From Promethearchaeota archaeon (GTDB lineage: Archaea; Asgardarchaeota; Lokiarchaeia; Sigyniarchaeales; SOKP01): a stretch of DNA of 46,435 bases. Location: positions 1 to 46,435 of the forward strand of contig JAEOTP010000014.1 in the NCBI GenBank assembly GCA_016839765.1, given 5' to 3'. Below are positions 36,962 through 46,435 of this stretch, one piece after another. The position numbers and the translations under genes were made by a program. Every line of letters begins with the position of its first letter. The stretch's first letter is position 1. The notes under the pieces are model-generated. The model was not told the DNA's origin and searched no databases. It saw nothing but the letters and a program-made list of their open reading frames with translations.

Positions 36962-37282
36962 GTGGCTGGAACCAGTCTTAATTATTGTCCCTATTGCGGT
37001 AAAAAAGTACTAAAATCTAATAAATATGAAACAAATTTCTGTCGTTATTGTGGGAAAGCACTAAAAAGGGAGCAGAGAAGTATACAAGATAAAGTACAAT
37101 GCACAGTTTGTCATGAATACATCTGGTATGGAAGAAGTTATACTATACAATGTTCTTTCTGTGGTAGTAACTTTCATTATTCGTGTGTAGTTTCTTGGTT
37201 AATGAAATATAATTCGTGTCCTATGTGCCAAAATGAATTCTTAAATCCATCTTTATCTCTTTCAGAAAAAGAGGTTAAATAA
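36962..37282 (+). CDS. Zinc-ribbon + RING-finger protein (putative E3 ligase)
   Basis: CPYC/CRYC ribbon, then CTVC...CSFCGSNFHYSCVVSWL...CPMC. Confidence 0.85.
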   Translation: MAGTSLNYCPYCGKKVLKSNKYETNFCRYCGKALKREQRSIQDKVQCTVCHEYIWYGRSYTIQCSFCGSNFHYSCVVSWLMKYNSCPMCQNEFLNPSLSLSEKEVK

Positions 37283-37332
37283 ATACTTAACAAAAAAAAA
37301 AAAAGAATTAAAAATAATAGTTTTCTGAGCTG

Positions 37333-37656
37333 TTAAGCTTCAGGGGGTTCTAATCCTAATAGGCCCATGGCTTCCACTGCTGATAAGTAAGTCTTTATAC
37401 TATATTTATATCCCTCGACCTCAGTGAACATAAGCATTGACTCAGACATTCTAATAAGTGCCTCTTTTTCTTTTCCATCTTTTACTTCCCACACACCAAT
37501 TACTTCCATTCCTTTTAAAGTTGACCTCACACAAACCATTATCTGTTTACTTATGCTTCTATCTGGAGGAAATTTTTTTGAGACCTCAAGCCATTTTTTT
37601 CCCGCTTCTGAAGATTTTCCATGCGGAACTAATGATTCAACTATAATGACTACCAT
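37333..37656 (-). CDS. ~107-aa hypothetical protein, paralogous family member 3
   Basis: PHGKSSEAGK...KFPPDRSISK...EGYKYSI; GAGGT RBS. Confidence 0.85.
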   Translation of the reverse strand: MVVIIVESLVPHGKSSEAGKKWLEVSKKFPPDRSISKQIMVCVRSTLKGMEVIGVWEVKDGKEKEALIRMSESMLMFTEVEGYKYSIKTYLSAVEAMGLLGLEPPEA

Positions 37657-37832
37657 ATTTTTTACCTCTTGATTTTAGTTTTAGTAATAAAAATTGGATT
37701 CTAATGGTGAGTAAAAAAAAGTATAATTGATTATTAATAGTTTACATTTTTGTTTAAAATTGAAGAGTATTAAGTATATTCTTATTGTTACAATTATTTA
37801 GGAAAATATTGATACAGAAATCATTTAATTGA

Positions 37833-38915
37833 ATGGTGGTTAAGGGAATTAAATCTTCTAAAAAGCCAATGATGGGATGGGTATGTACCTACACCCCATT
37901 AGAATTAATCTATGCAGCGGGATTCCAACCATATCGTATATTTGGTCATTCAAATCCAGTAAAAAACGCAGATTCATATATACACCCTAATTATTGTCAA
38001 TTTGTGAAATCGACTATCGATGTTGCTGTAGAAGATGGGTATAACTTTCTTGAAGGAGTCACATTTGTGAATTCTTGTGATGCTATGAGACGACTGCATG
38101 ATGTTTGGAAGGAGTATGTTCCTACAAAATTTATTTACATTTTAGATATACCGATGGGCTATTCATCATTGGGATTGAAATATATTAGGACGGAATTTGA
38201 AAAATTTAAAATTGCGTTAGAAAATTACACTTCAAATGTTATTCAGGAAGAGGTACTTGAGGACGCAATCGATGTATTCATAGAATCTCGTTCGCTATTC
38301 CATAGTGTGAATACCTTAAGGTTTAAGAATCCTCCCCTAATAATTGGAAGCGAGATCATGGAAATTACATCAGAGTTTTTTAAATCTGACCCAAAAATCT
38401 GGAATGAGCAAATAAAAGAGAAATTAACCATTTCAGGGAGAAATACGACTAGATCTGATATAATTAATAAACCAAGATTAATATTATCGGGAAGTCCAAT
38501 CCATGATGTTAACTTTATTTCATTTATCGAAGATTGTGGATTTAATGTTGTTTATGAGGATTTATGTACAGGAAGCAAGTTTTTTGATATAAAAATAAAT
38601 AAATCGAATGATTTATTAAGTGTTTTGGGAGAAGCATATCTGAATAGAGTCCCATGCGCCCGTATGATGAAAATTAAGGACCGGGCAAAAAATATTTTAA
38701 ATATATCCAAAAAGTATGACGCTAATGGAATAATCCATCATTCCTTGAAATTTTGTGATACATACCTGTATGATGTGCCGAGATTGAAAGAACTCTTAAT
38801 TGAAAAGGATTTAAATGTCTTATTTTTAGAGAGTGATGGATCTTTAGGAAGTCTAAATCAGTTAAAGACTCGAATTGAAGCTTTTTTAGAAATTATAAAA
38901 AGTCAAATGAGATGA
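37833..38915 (+). CDS. 2-hydroxyacyl-CoA dehydratase subunit (HgdB/FldC family)
   Basis: CTYTPLELIYAAG, NSCDAMRR, DLCTG, KFCD, TRIEAF. Confidence 0.92.
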   Translation: MVVKGIKSSKKPMMGWVCTYTPLELIYAAGFQPYRIFGHSNPVKNADSYIHPNYCQFVKSTIDVAVEDGYNFLEGVTFVNSCDAMRRLHDVWKEYVPTKFIYILDIPMGYSSLGLKYIRTEFEKFKIALENYTSNVIQEEVLEDAIDVFIESRSLFHSVNTLRFKNPPLIIGSEIMEITSEFFKSDPKIWNEQIKEKLTISGRNTTRSDIINKPRLILSGSPIHDVNFISFIEDCGFNVVYEDLCTGSKFFDIKINKSNDLLSVLGEAYLNRVPCARMMKIKDRAKNILNISKKYDANGIIHHSLKFCDTYLYDVPRLKELLIEKDLNVLFLESDGSLGSLNQLKTRIEAFLEIIKSQMR

Positions 38916-38922
38916 TTAAAAA

Positions 38923-40149
38923 GTGGTTGATTATACATTATTGAAGCAGTATTTTTTCCAACTTGAAGATGCTCTTAAACATAAGATTGCGTTAAAATTA
39001 ACCCCTCGTAGGAAATTCATTTATGAAATAGCTCGAATTGGAATTCGTATTTTTGATAAGAATTGGTCTAATGGATGGACAACCGTATTTGTTCCGTATG
39101 AAATTTTAAATTCTATGAATGTCTCAGGAATGTTTGTGGAATTTTTTGGAGCAATGCTCTCAGGAGCAGGTTTGTCAAGAAAATATTTCGAATTAGCTGA
39201 GAGCAAAGGTTATTCAACTGATAGTTGCTCATATCATCGAACTATTATAGGGGCAGCTATGGATGGGTTAATTCCTGAACCAGATGTGTTAATAGGAGCA
39301 AGCATTCCATGTAATGGAGGTGTTAAAGCGTTAAAACGTATTGGAGAGATATTTAATAAAGATGTTTTTATACTGAATATTCCCATTGAAGTCACATCAA
39401 AATCTATTGATTATTTGGTTGATCAGTACCAACAGATGATTGATTACATTGAAGAAAATACTGGGCGTAAATTAGATTATCACAAGCTCAAACAATCAAT
39501 AAAATTTAACAATCAAGCAAGAGAGTATCTGGTCGAAGTAAATAATCTTTGCAAAAATGTTCCTAGTCCTTCTATTTCAAACGATTTAAAAAATTTCATC
39601 ATGTACATTTTACTTCTGGGTACGAAAGAAGGTGTTGAAGTCGCTAAGAATTATCGAGATGAATTTCAATATAGAATTGATAATAAATTCTTTGGCTTAC
39701 CGGAAGAAAAATATCGCTTACTTTGGATACAGAATAGAATACAGTTTAAAACAGACCTAATAAATACTCTGGAAGATAGATTTGGCGCTAATGTAGTGAT
39801 TGACGAATTAAATCATATTTGGTGGGACGAACTGGATGAAAGTGATCCTTTAAGAAGTCTTGCGTATCGTATGATGACACATCCTTTAGTTGGTCCAGTA
39901 GAGCGTCGACTTAAAGTACTTACGCAATTAGCAAAAGAATATAGAGTAAATGGAGCAATAAATCCTGCCCATTGGGGTTGTCGGCAATCTGGGGGGGCAA
40001 GAGTATTATTTAAAGAAGCACTTCAAAAAGTTGGAGTCCCACTAATTCATCTGGATGTTGATTGTGTTGACGAAAGGAATTATTCTCATGGACAAATACT
40101 CACTAGACTTGAAGCATTTATGGAAATGTTAACCGCAAGCAATTTTTGA
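38923..40149 (+). CDS. 2-hydroxyacyl-CoA dehydratase subunit (HgdA/FldB family)
   Basis: DSCSYHR, PCNG, HWGCRQ, DCVDERN, TRLEAF. Confidence 0.92.
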   Translation: MVDYTLLKQYFFQLEDALKHKIALKLTPRRKFIYEIARIGIRIFDKNWSNGWTTVFVPYEILNSMNVSGMFVEFFGAMLSGAGLSRKYFELAESKGYSTDSCSYHRTIIGAAMDGLIPEPDVLIGASIPCNGGVKALKRIGEIFNKDVFILNIPIEVTSKSIDYLVDQYQQMIDYIEENTGRKLDYHKLKQSIKFNNQAREYLVEVNNLCKNVPSPSISNDLKNFIMYILLLGTKEGVEVAKNYRDEFQYRIDNKFFGLPEEKYRLLWIQNRIQFKTDLINTLEDRFGANVVIDELNHIWWDELDESDPLRSLAYRMMTHPLVGPVERRLKVLTQLAKEYRVNGAINPAHWGCRQSGGARVLFKEALQKVGVPLIHLDVDCVDERNYSHGQILTRLEAFMEMLTASNF

Positions 40150-40230
40150 TTTTACTTTTTTTATTTTTCTACATATTTTTTTATGAAAATTATTAAATTT
40201 AGTGAATCATAATATCTTCTACCATTAAAA

Positions 40231-40689
40231 ATGTGTTTTAAAATGAAAGTTCTTATTGTTTATGATACTAAATATGGAAATACTAAAAAGGTAGCCGAAT
40301 TAATTGCTGATGGAATTAATACTGCTGAAGGCAATGAAACTGTAATTAATCATATAGATGATATTGATATGGGTAAAGACGAAACCTATGATTTAATTTT
40401 AATTGGCTCTCCAAATCATATGGGAAGCCATACAAAGACAGTAAAGAAATTTATCAAAAACCTTTCAGGAGCTCCCTTAAAAGGAAATTCTTTTGCTGTA
40501 TTTGATACATATCTAGGGAAGGATTTTGAGAAAGCGATAAAAAAAATGGAAAAACAAATTAGTGAGAGTATGCCAGATTTAAATAAAGCAAGTCCTGGGT
40601 TGTCTATACAAGTTACTGGTATGAAAGGTCCAATACTAGAAGAAGATCTTCCAAAATGTGGAGAATTCGGGATTAAGTTAGTAAAATAA
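40231..40689 (+). CDS. Flavodoxin family protein
   Basis: IVYDTKYGNTKKVAE, IGSP, AVFDT. Start is probably the second ATG (MKVLIV). Confidence 0.9.
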   Translation: MCFKMKVLIVYDTKYGNTKKVAELIADGINTAEGNETVINHIDDIDMGKDETYDLILIGSPNHMGSHTKTVKKFIKNLSGAPLKGNSFAVFDTYLGKDFEKAIKKMEKQISESMPDLNKASPGLSIQVTGMKGPILEEDLPKCGEFGIKLVK

Positions 40690-40991
40690 ATACTTTCTTT
40701 TTTATTTTTTTTTATGATTTCTTTAGAAATTCATAATTTCTTTAAAAATTCATAATTTTGATAAATTGAAAAAAAAAATTTGAAGTTAAGCAGCCTTAGA
40801 TTTATAAACCTTATTGAATTTATTGGTGAAAATCCACTTTTCTTCCCTTATAAAAGAAAAATTTCAAAAGAAAGCTTAAATAGGGGCAAGACATAATTAA
40901 ATATTGCAAAGAAATCTCGTGATAACGAAATTCACATTAATTTATTGAATAAAATAAAGAGAAAATAAATAGAAATAGGAGGAATAAAAGA

Positions 40992-41375
40992 GTGAAAGAT
41001 TTAACGGTTGTTTTAAAAAACCAGCCAGGTATTTTAGCCGATATGGGGGAGGCTTTAGGCAAGATGGGTATTAATATGGAAGGTTTATGTGGAATTCCCC
41101 TAAAAAATGAGGCTTTCGTTCATATTTTGGTTGAAGATGAAACCACAACCCGCTGGGCACTCGAAGAAGCTGGTTTTGAAATACGTGCTATACGTGAAGT
41201 ATTAGTTGTGGATGTCGGTCAAAGTGTGGGAAAACCAGGCACAGGGGGAAGGATGGCTCGCAAAATAGGTGATGCTGGCGTTAATATTGACCTAATCTAT
41301 TTTGCTGAGAATAATAGAGTTGTTCTGGGAGTTGACAACTTAGAAAAAGCTCGCGCCGCTTTGGCGAAAGATTGA
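40992..41375 (+). CDS. ACT-domain protein
   Basis: LKNQPGILA...GINME; KPG...AGVNIDLIY; GGAGG RBS. Confidence 0.88.
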   Translation: MKDLTVVLKNQPGILADMGEALGKMGINMEGLCGIPLKNEAFVHILVEDETTTRWALEEAGFEIRAIREVLVVDVGQSVGKPGTGGRMARKIGDAGVNIDLIYFAENNRVVLGVDNLEKARAALAKD

Positions 41376-41414
41376 GAATTACTTTTAATTTCTTTTTCTT
41401 TTTAAAAAAATCAA

Positions 41415-42107
41415 TTGGTAAGAAGTGAATCTAACATTTATTTGGTAAAATTTATTAGAGAAATGCAGGTAAAATTAGAAGCAATTCCTACTCTGGGTGC
41501 TATTGTTTATAATGCTATTGTAAAACGGATTCTAAGTAAGACGGAATTAGAAATTGCACAGAAAGTTACTCAAAGAATAAAAAAGGGAGTTTTAATAGAT
41601 ATCGGTTCAGGTACAGGATACTTATCAATAGAAATAGGAAAAAAAGCACCACAGCTTAATATTTATGGGATTGATTTAAGCAGGAAAATGGTAGAGATTG
41701 CATCAGGTCATGCAAAAGCTTTTGAAAATGTAAAATTTAAACTAGCTAATGCTGCTGAACTTCCTTTTGAAGATGATTCGATTGATTTCATTATTAGCAC
41801 AGGTTCATTTCATCATTGGAAGCACCCAATTAAAATTTTTAATGAATGTTACCGCGTTTTAAAAACTAATGGAGAAGCATGGATCTATGATGGATGTTCG
41901 AATCCCCCTAATGAAGAAGTGATTAAACTAAAACGAAAATATAGTGGTTTTAAATATCCCATTCTCACTCAAATCCAAAAACTACATGGTTTTAATTGGG
42001 AAGAATACAATACCAAAATTAAAAATCTTCTTGAGCATACAAAATTTAAAAAGAACTTCCAAATGGTATTAACTGATGGTTGGATGAAGATGGTTCTCAA
42101 GAAGTAG
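41415..42107 (+). CDS. Class I SAM methyltransferase
   Basis: IDIGSGTG, GIDLS, LPFEDDSID, SFHHW. Confidence 0.9.
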   Translation: MVRSESNIYLVKFIREMQVKLEAIPTLGAIVYNAIVKRILSKTELEIAQKVTQRIKKGVLIDIGSGTGYLSIEIGKKAPQLNIYGIDLSRKMVEIASGHAKAFENVKFKLANAAELPFEDDSIDFIISTGSFHHWKHPIKIFNECYRVLKTNGEAWIYDGCSNPPNEEVIKLKRKYSGFKYPILTQIQKLHGFNWEEYNTKIKNLLEHTKFKKNFQMVLTDGWMKMVLKK

Positions 42108-42669
42108 GGGGACTTATAGTTTTGTGAAATCGGATAATTATAATTAAACTCAACAATTCTGAAAAATCAGCAGTTTCGGGGTCGTCTATTTTCGGGTTCC
42201 ACCCAAATAACATTTTCGCAGAACGCCCATGATTCTTAACATACCATTTAATGATTTGAAGTTTATAGTCATTATCTACTACAAATTCTATCTCTGGTTT
42301 AAAACGGTGAAAACCATACCTTATTGATACAAAATCGGGATTAGCACGCATATTTTTAACCCACCCCGCTTCTTCTCCTCGTCCAGATATAACTGTAATA
42401 GTACCATCAATCCGATGATATTCTAAGGGAGTTCTTCTCTTCTTTCCAGTTTTTCTTCCTTTTGTATACAAAAGTAGAAAAATTCTTCCGAAACCAAACA
42501 TTGGTAAAAGAAAAAGTCGATAGAGAGGAATTATTAAAATTTTATTCAATCTTTTCCATTTTTTAAGTGTTTTTTTCCTAATACTCTCATTTTCGTGATT
42601 AAGGTTATAAAGTGGAGTTCCGGGCTTAGGTAACATCTTATTCGCTCTTTTAAGACTGCTTGAATGCAA
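42097..42669 (-). CDS. Deazaflavin (F420)-dependent nitroreductase family protein
   Basis: LLYTKGRKTGKKRRTPL, WVKNMRANP. Confidence 0.88.
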   Translation of the reverse strand: MHSSSLKRANKMLPKPGTPLYNLNHENESIRKKTLKKWKRLNKILIIPLYRLFLLPMFGFGRIFLLLYTKGRKTGKKRRTPLEYHRIDGTITVISGRGEEAGWVKNMRANPDFVSIRYGFHRFKPEIEFVVDNDYKLQIIKWYVKNHGRSAKMLFGWNPKIDDPETADFSELLSLIIIIRFHKTISPPTS

Positions 42670-42843
42670 TATTTTTTTTCTTTTTAATTATTTATCATAA
42701 TTACTTATTTATGTAAATTTTGGGGATTATGTTTATTTTTCTCTATTAAAATTTCTTCAAATGTTTATAAAGTTTGGATAAATATTCTATATTCCATTTT
42801 TAAATTAAGTAAAAAGCTTTTAATATTAACGTATTATTATTAT

Positions 42844-43044
42844 ATGAGATTGATCAAAAAGATAAAATTAATAATGCCTGAATGCGAATTTTGTGGAAAG
42901 ACCATCGTGAGAAATACGTGGAATAAGAAATATCGCCATATCAACATATGTCAGGAACCTACAAAACGATTTTTCTGTTCCCATAAATGTAAATTAAGAT
43001 GGATTTTTGAAATAAGGGGAGAGGCTGTTGAAATTGAACAGTAA
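42844..43044 (+). CDS. Small TRASH/YHS-like metal-binding protein
   Basis: CEFCGK...FFCSHKCK. Confidence 0.75.
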   Translation: MRLIKKIKLIMPECEFCGKTIVRNTWNKKYRHINICQEPTKRFFCSHKCKLRWIFEIRGEAVEIEQ

Positions 43045-43222
43045 ATTCTCTCAGTGTATTTCTTTTATATAATTATAGTTGGGATAAATACTATTATTCA
43101 TATAGTAATTTCTGCATGAATTAACTTCCATTTAAGACTATAAATAAGCAAATTACTTTATTTTAAGCCAAATTTTTCAATAATACTAAATTGCTAAAAA
43201 TGAAAGAAAATTTAAAGTATAT

Positions 43223-44014
43223 ATGGAAACAACAATATATTTTTTTACTGGAACAGGTAATTCATTAAAGGTTGCGAAAGCTCTTGCCGAAAAATTAGTA
43301 GAATCTGAACTTATACCCATTGCGAAAGTATGGCAAATGGAAAACCTTAATTCTACCAGTGAAAAAGTCGGCTTTATTTTTCCTTTATACTATTCTGGAT
43401 TGCCAAAAATAGTTCATGACTTTATAAACAATCTAGATCTTAGTAAATCAAATTATATATTTACAGTTATAACAAGTGCTGGAGATATTAATGAACAACC
43501 GCTTCAGCAGTTGAATAAGATTTTGGAAGCGAAAGCGAAAGCGCTTAGTGCAGGTTTTTTTGTTACCATGCCCAGTAATTATATTATTGGTTATGAAGTT
43601 CCCTCAGAAGAATATCAAAAAAAGTGTTTTGAAAGAGCATCTTCGCAAGTTGAATTAATCTCTGAAATCATAAATAATAGAAAGGAAAATCTCAATCAAG
43701 TTATTTTTGAAAAAGATGTAAGCAGGAGTGAGAGAATTAATAACACTTTTCAGGAAGAAGTACTTCAAAGTGATAAGTCATTCTATGCTGATGAAAATTG
43801 CACCAGCTGTGGTATATGTGAACAAGTGTGTCCTGTGAATAATGTTATATTAGTAGAAGGTATACCACAATGGCAACATAAATGCCAGCAATGCTTAGCA
43901 TGTATTAATTTCTGCCCAGAAAAGTCTATTCAATTTAGTACATACACTTTAAAAACACAAAGGTATCATCATCCTGAAATTACCCTTCAAGAAGTAATAG
44001 ACCAACATAAGTAG
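43223..44014 (+). CDS. EFR1-family flavodoxin-ferredoxin fusion
   Basis: YFFTGTGNS, CTSCGICEQVCP, CQQCLACINFCP, RYHHP. Confidence 0.92.
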   Translation: METTIYFFTGTGNSLKVAKALAEKLVESELIPIAKVWQMENLNSTSEKVGFIFPLYYSGLPKIVHDFINNLDLSKSNYIFTVITSAGDINEQPLQQLNKILEAKAKALSAGFFVTMPSNYIIGYEVPSEEYQKKCFERASSQVELISEIINNRKENLNQVIFEKDVSRSERINNTFQEEVLQSDKSFYADENCTSCGICEQVCPVNNVILVEGIPQWQHKCQQCLACINFCPEKSIQFSTYTLKTQRYHHPEITLQEVIDQHK

Positions 44015-44052
44015 AAAAATAAATAAAATATCAATGAAAGGTTTAATATAAT

Positions 44053-44895
44053 ATGAGTAGTAAAAGTAAGACTAAAGAAGATTTTCAAAAAGCTGGTGAA
44101 GAAATATTCGAGAAGCTACATCTTAATAGCTTCCCAATATCGTTAAAATATATTAGAGATATTGAAAATGAAATCCCTCCGGGTGTTAGACGACCTATAG
44201 ACGATGGAGAAAAGAAGTCTATTTGTCAAGCTTTTACCTATGCTCGCAGGTTTAGGCAAAAATTGTGCATTACCGCAGAAGATAATTTTTGCACGCCGTC
44301 TTCCGTTGCGCATGGATGGGTTCCTCTTTCGATGGAAGAGTTTGTTGAGTCTCAAGTGCGCCAAAAATGGACAAAAGACGAAAAAGCAGAGAGAAGAAGG
44401 GCAGAACACATATACGCGGGTACTTTTAAGAATGTAATTGAATTAGCGTATCGTGGTGTTATTGTCTCTCCCCTGATGGAGACTCCCGTCATTCCAGATG
44501 CCATTATGGTTTATTGTGATGGTCCGAAACTTACCTACATAATAAACGCCCTAAACTATGAACATAAGCGTAAATATCGAATACAATCCACTTTCGAAGG
44601 TTTTGGTGAGAGTTGCGGAAAGGGAGGATTAATGCCATTTCTTACCCAAAAAGCCCAAATTATCATCCCAGGTACGGGAGATCGCTCATTTGCTGGAATT
44701 CAAGATCATGAACTTGGAATTGGAATGCCAGCTAGCTTCATATTTTATGTTTTAGAGAATTTATTTCAAACGGGGTCAGGTCAAGGTTTAAAGTTTCCAT
44801 TAAGACAATTAATTCCAAAATTAGACGAAAATTTAACACCTGGCTTTCGCTACATGCGAGAAGTAATAGATAAAAAATTGAGTAAAAATGATTAG
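44053..44895 (+). CDS. DUF169 family protein
   Basis: SICQA..ARR, DNFC, PD, ESC, PGTGDR.F. Confidence 0.88.
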   Translation: MSSKSKTKEDFQKAGEEIFEKLHLNSFPISLKYIRDIENEIPPGVRRPIDDGEKKSICQAFTYARRFRQKLCITAEDNFCTPSSVAHGWVPLSMEEFVESQVRQKWTKDEKAERRRAEHIYAGTFKNVIELAYRGVIVSPLMETPVIPDAIMVYCDGPKLTYIINALNYEHKRKYRIQSTFEGFGESCGKGGLMPFLTQKAQIIIPGTGDRSFAGIQDHELGIGMPASFIFYVLENLFQTGSGQGLKFPLRQLIPKLDENLTPGFRYMREVIDKKLSKND

Positions 44896-45341
44896 AGTAA
44901 GCCTTTTAGAGATTTTTTTTTAATTAACCTTAATAATTTCTTACTTAGGAAACTATCGAGAGCTGCGTCAGCGAATTCTAATCTATCAAGATATAATCTT
45001 AGACTTTTTATTTTATAATTTTCATATTCCAAGACTTCTGTTATTTTAACACTAAGTTGTTTTCCGTTTTTAAATGACGTATGAATATAAAATTCCTCAA
45101 AAAAAATATTGTTTTCTACCATAATAAGAATTGGTTCAAATTTAATTGATTCAAACATTGAGAAGAACCAATTCAGCCATTTTTTTAATCCAGCTATTCC
45201 TTTTAATTTTATCCCAAGCATTTCAATTTCGCACTCTTCCGAAAAATACGGAACGAGCCTTTCAATATCCTGTAATTCTAAGTTTTTATCCAGATCTGCA
45301 GCAAGTTTGAGAATTTTTTTCATATCTTGTTGCTCTATCAA
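44892..45341 (-). CDS. NTF2/SnoaL-like protein
   Basis: YFSEEC...KGIAGLKKW...KIKSLRLYLD. Confidence 0.82.
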   Translation of the reverse strand: MIEQQDMKKILKLAADLDKNLELQDIERLVPYFSEECEIEMLGIKLKGIAGLKKWLNWFFSMFESIKFEPILIMVENNIFFEEFYIHTSFKNGKQLSVKITEVLEYENYKIKSLRLYLDRLEFADAALDSFLSKKLLRLIKKKSLKGLL

Positions 45342-45509
45342 TTTCTTATCCTTTCAAGAAGTATATTTAATATTAAGGTTATATAGAAGGTATAATAATA
45401 AGAAGTTTTAGAATAGAAGTGTAATGATTTTCATTTTTGATTTCAAAACGTTTATTAACAAATTCTTTCATAATTGATTTAAATGTAAGATAAATTACTT
45501 TTGAGAAAA

Positions 45510-46435
45510 ATGAATGTAAAGAACATTATCGGTCGGCCTAGATTTGAATCAGGTGATTTCTTAGGCTATGTGTTATGGAAGCAGTCAGATGGGTTTCATT
45601 TAAAATGGAATACAAAAGGAGGAAAAACTAATCATTTTCAGGGAAAGATAATTGGTGAAAGTAAACTAGCTAAAAAAATGAGGCTTGTAACTGGGGATAG
45701 AATCGAAAAAGCGGAAAAGAATACAATTGAATGGAATACTAAAGTAGAAGATGAAGATGGAGTTGATTTCCTCACGCCTGGAAATTTTACAGTCGAAGTG
45801 AGAATAAACAAGAAAAAAATAAAAGCAGAAAACATATTTTTAGGTCCTCGAATGCTACAACCAGATGGCAATCCATTTACAATCACTCAAGCTGTCGCGG
45901 AAAAAGTAAAAATTGATAAGAAGATAGGGAAAAAAGAAAAGGAGATTAAAGCAGCAATACCAGTGCCAGAGCCAGAACCTACATATGAACCCGAGTCAGA
46001 ACCCGTATATGAGCCTGAACCAGAACCAGCATATGAACCCGAGTCAGAACCTGTATATGAACCCGAACCGGAACCTACATACGAGCCCGAGCCAGAACCA
46101 GTATATGAGCCCAAACTAGAACCTGTATATGAGCCTGAACCTGAACCAGCATTTGAGCCCGAACCGGAACCTACATATGAACTCGAACCAGAACCAGTAT
46201 ATGAGCCCAAACTAGACCCAGCATTTGAGCCTGAACCTGAACCAGCATTTGAGCCTGAACCGGAACCTACATATGAACTCGAACCTGAACCAGCATTTGA
46301 GCCCGAGCCAGAACCCGTATATGAGCCCGAGCCAGAACCCGTATATGAGCCCGAGCCAGAACCCGTATATGAGCCCGAGCCAGAACCCGTATATGAGCCC
46401 GAGCCAGAACCCGTATATGAGCCCGAGCCAGAACC
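45510..46435 (+). CDS. Partial ORF (no stop in window): beta-rich N-terminal domain followed by Pro/Glu/Tyr repeats
   Basis: Open frame [33 protein letters not shown]...GVDF...IFLG...NPFTI, then (EPEPEPVY)n. Absent from the ORF track because it is unterminated. Confidence 0.85.
   Translation, partial: MNVKNIIGRPRFESGDFLGYVLWKQSDGFHLKWNTKGGKTNHFQGKIIGESKLAKKMRLVTGDRIEKAEKNTIEWNTKVEDEDGVDFLTPGNFTVEVRINKKKIKAENIFLGPRMLQPDGNPFTITQAVAEKVKIDKKIGKKEKEIKAAIPVPEPEPTYEPESEPVYEPEPEPAYEPESEPVYEPEPEPTYEPEPEPVYEPKLEPVYEPEPEPAFEPEPEPTYELEPEPVYEPKLDPAFEPEPEPAFEPEPEPTYELEPEPAFEPEPEPVYEPEPEPVYEPEPEPVYEPEPEPVYEPEPEPVYEPEPE
45966..46435 (+). repeat. 24-bp coding tandem repeat (EPEPEP[VAT][YF])
   Basis: About 19 units; the terminal units are perfect GAGCCCGAGCCAGAACCCGTATAT. 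Confidence 0.95.

Noticed and set aside
3871-45411. Short overlapping ORFs in the track (e.g. 3871, 6548, 7317, 9061, 14854, 19825, 20301, 22239, 23270, 23578, 25681, 26358, 26604, 29793, 30460, 31839, 33721, 34428, 36095, 37424, 37458, 38243, 39021, 44143, 44204, 45109)
   Set aside because: Each lies within or opposite a longer gene with recognisable motifs and has no motif of its own.
45887-46210. Gly/Ser-rich minus-strand ORF (and 45638-45886)
   Set aside because: Antisense shadow of the + strand [11 protein letters not shown], which has a proper N-terminal domain.
45966-46435. Possible CRISPR array
   Set aside because: Head-to-tail 24-bp units with no unique spacers and codon-position variation; this is a coding repeat.
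1-46435. tRNA, rRNA, integrase or transposase genes
   Set aside because: No GC-rich structured RNA-like segment or recombinase motifs were seen. The Ago island's left boundary lies outside the window.

Overview
AT-rich archaeal DNA, most consistent with an Asgard archaeon (Lokiarchaeia-like). The support is Rab-like small GTPases, a RING-finger protein, a CBS-longin fusion, stand-alone PAS proteins and GGAGG/GAGGT/GGTGA ribosome-binding sites. The standout is a co-oriented three-gene minus-strand locus at the left end (51-4172). It encodes (i) a 439-aa HeH/wHTH/2xSAP nucleic-acid-binding protein ending in a catalytically dead PD-(D/E)xK-like domain, (ii) a 136-aa stand-alone, apparently active PD-(D/E)xK nuclease that is a paralogue of that dead domain, and (iii) a 768-aa prokaryotic Argonaute with an intact MID 5'-phosphate pocket, a dead PIWI tetrad, apparently no PAZ domain and an acidic insertion. 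A decayed RelA/SpoT-like reading frame lies just upstream, followed by two divergent RNase J-like beta-CASP genes. The rest of the window holds a radical SAM/methyltransferase/TIGR04282/TIGR04283 biosynthetic operon, a CWH43-like membrane+EEP pair, two degenerate GTPases, fermentative and redox enzymes, several small ORFs missed by the ORF track, many short decayed gene copies in intergenic DNA, and a Pro/Glu/Tyr tandem-repeat ORF running off the right end. All family assignments come from motif recognition by eye, not database searches.
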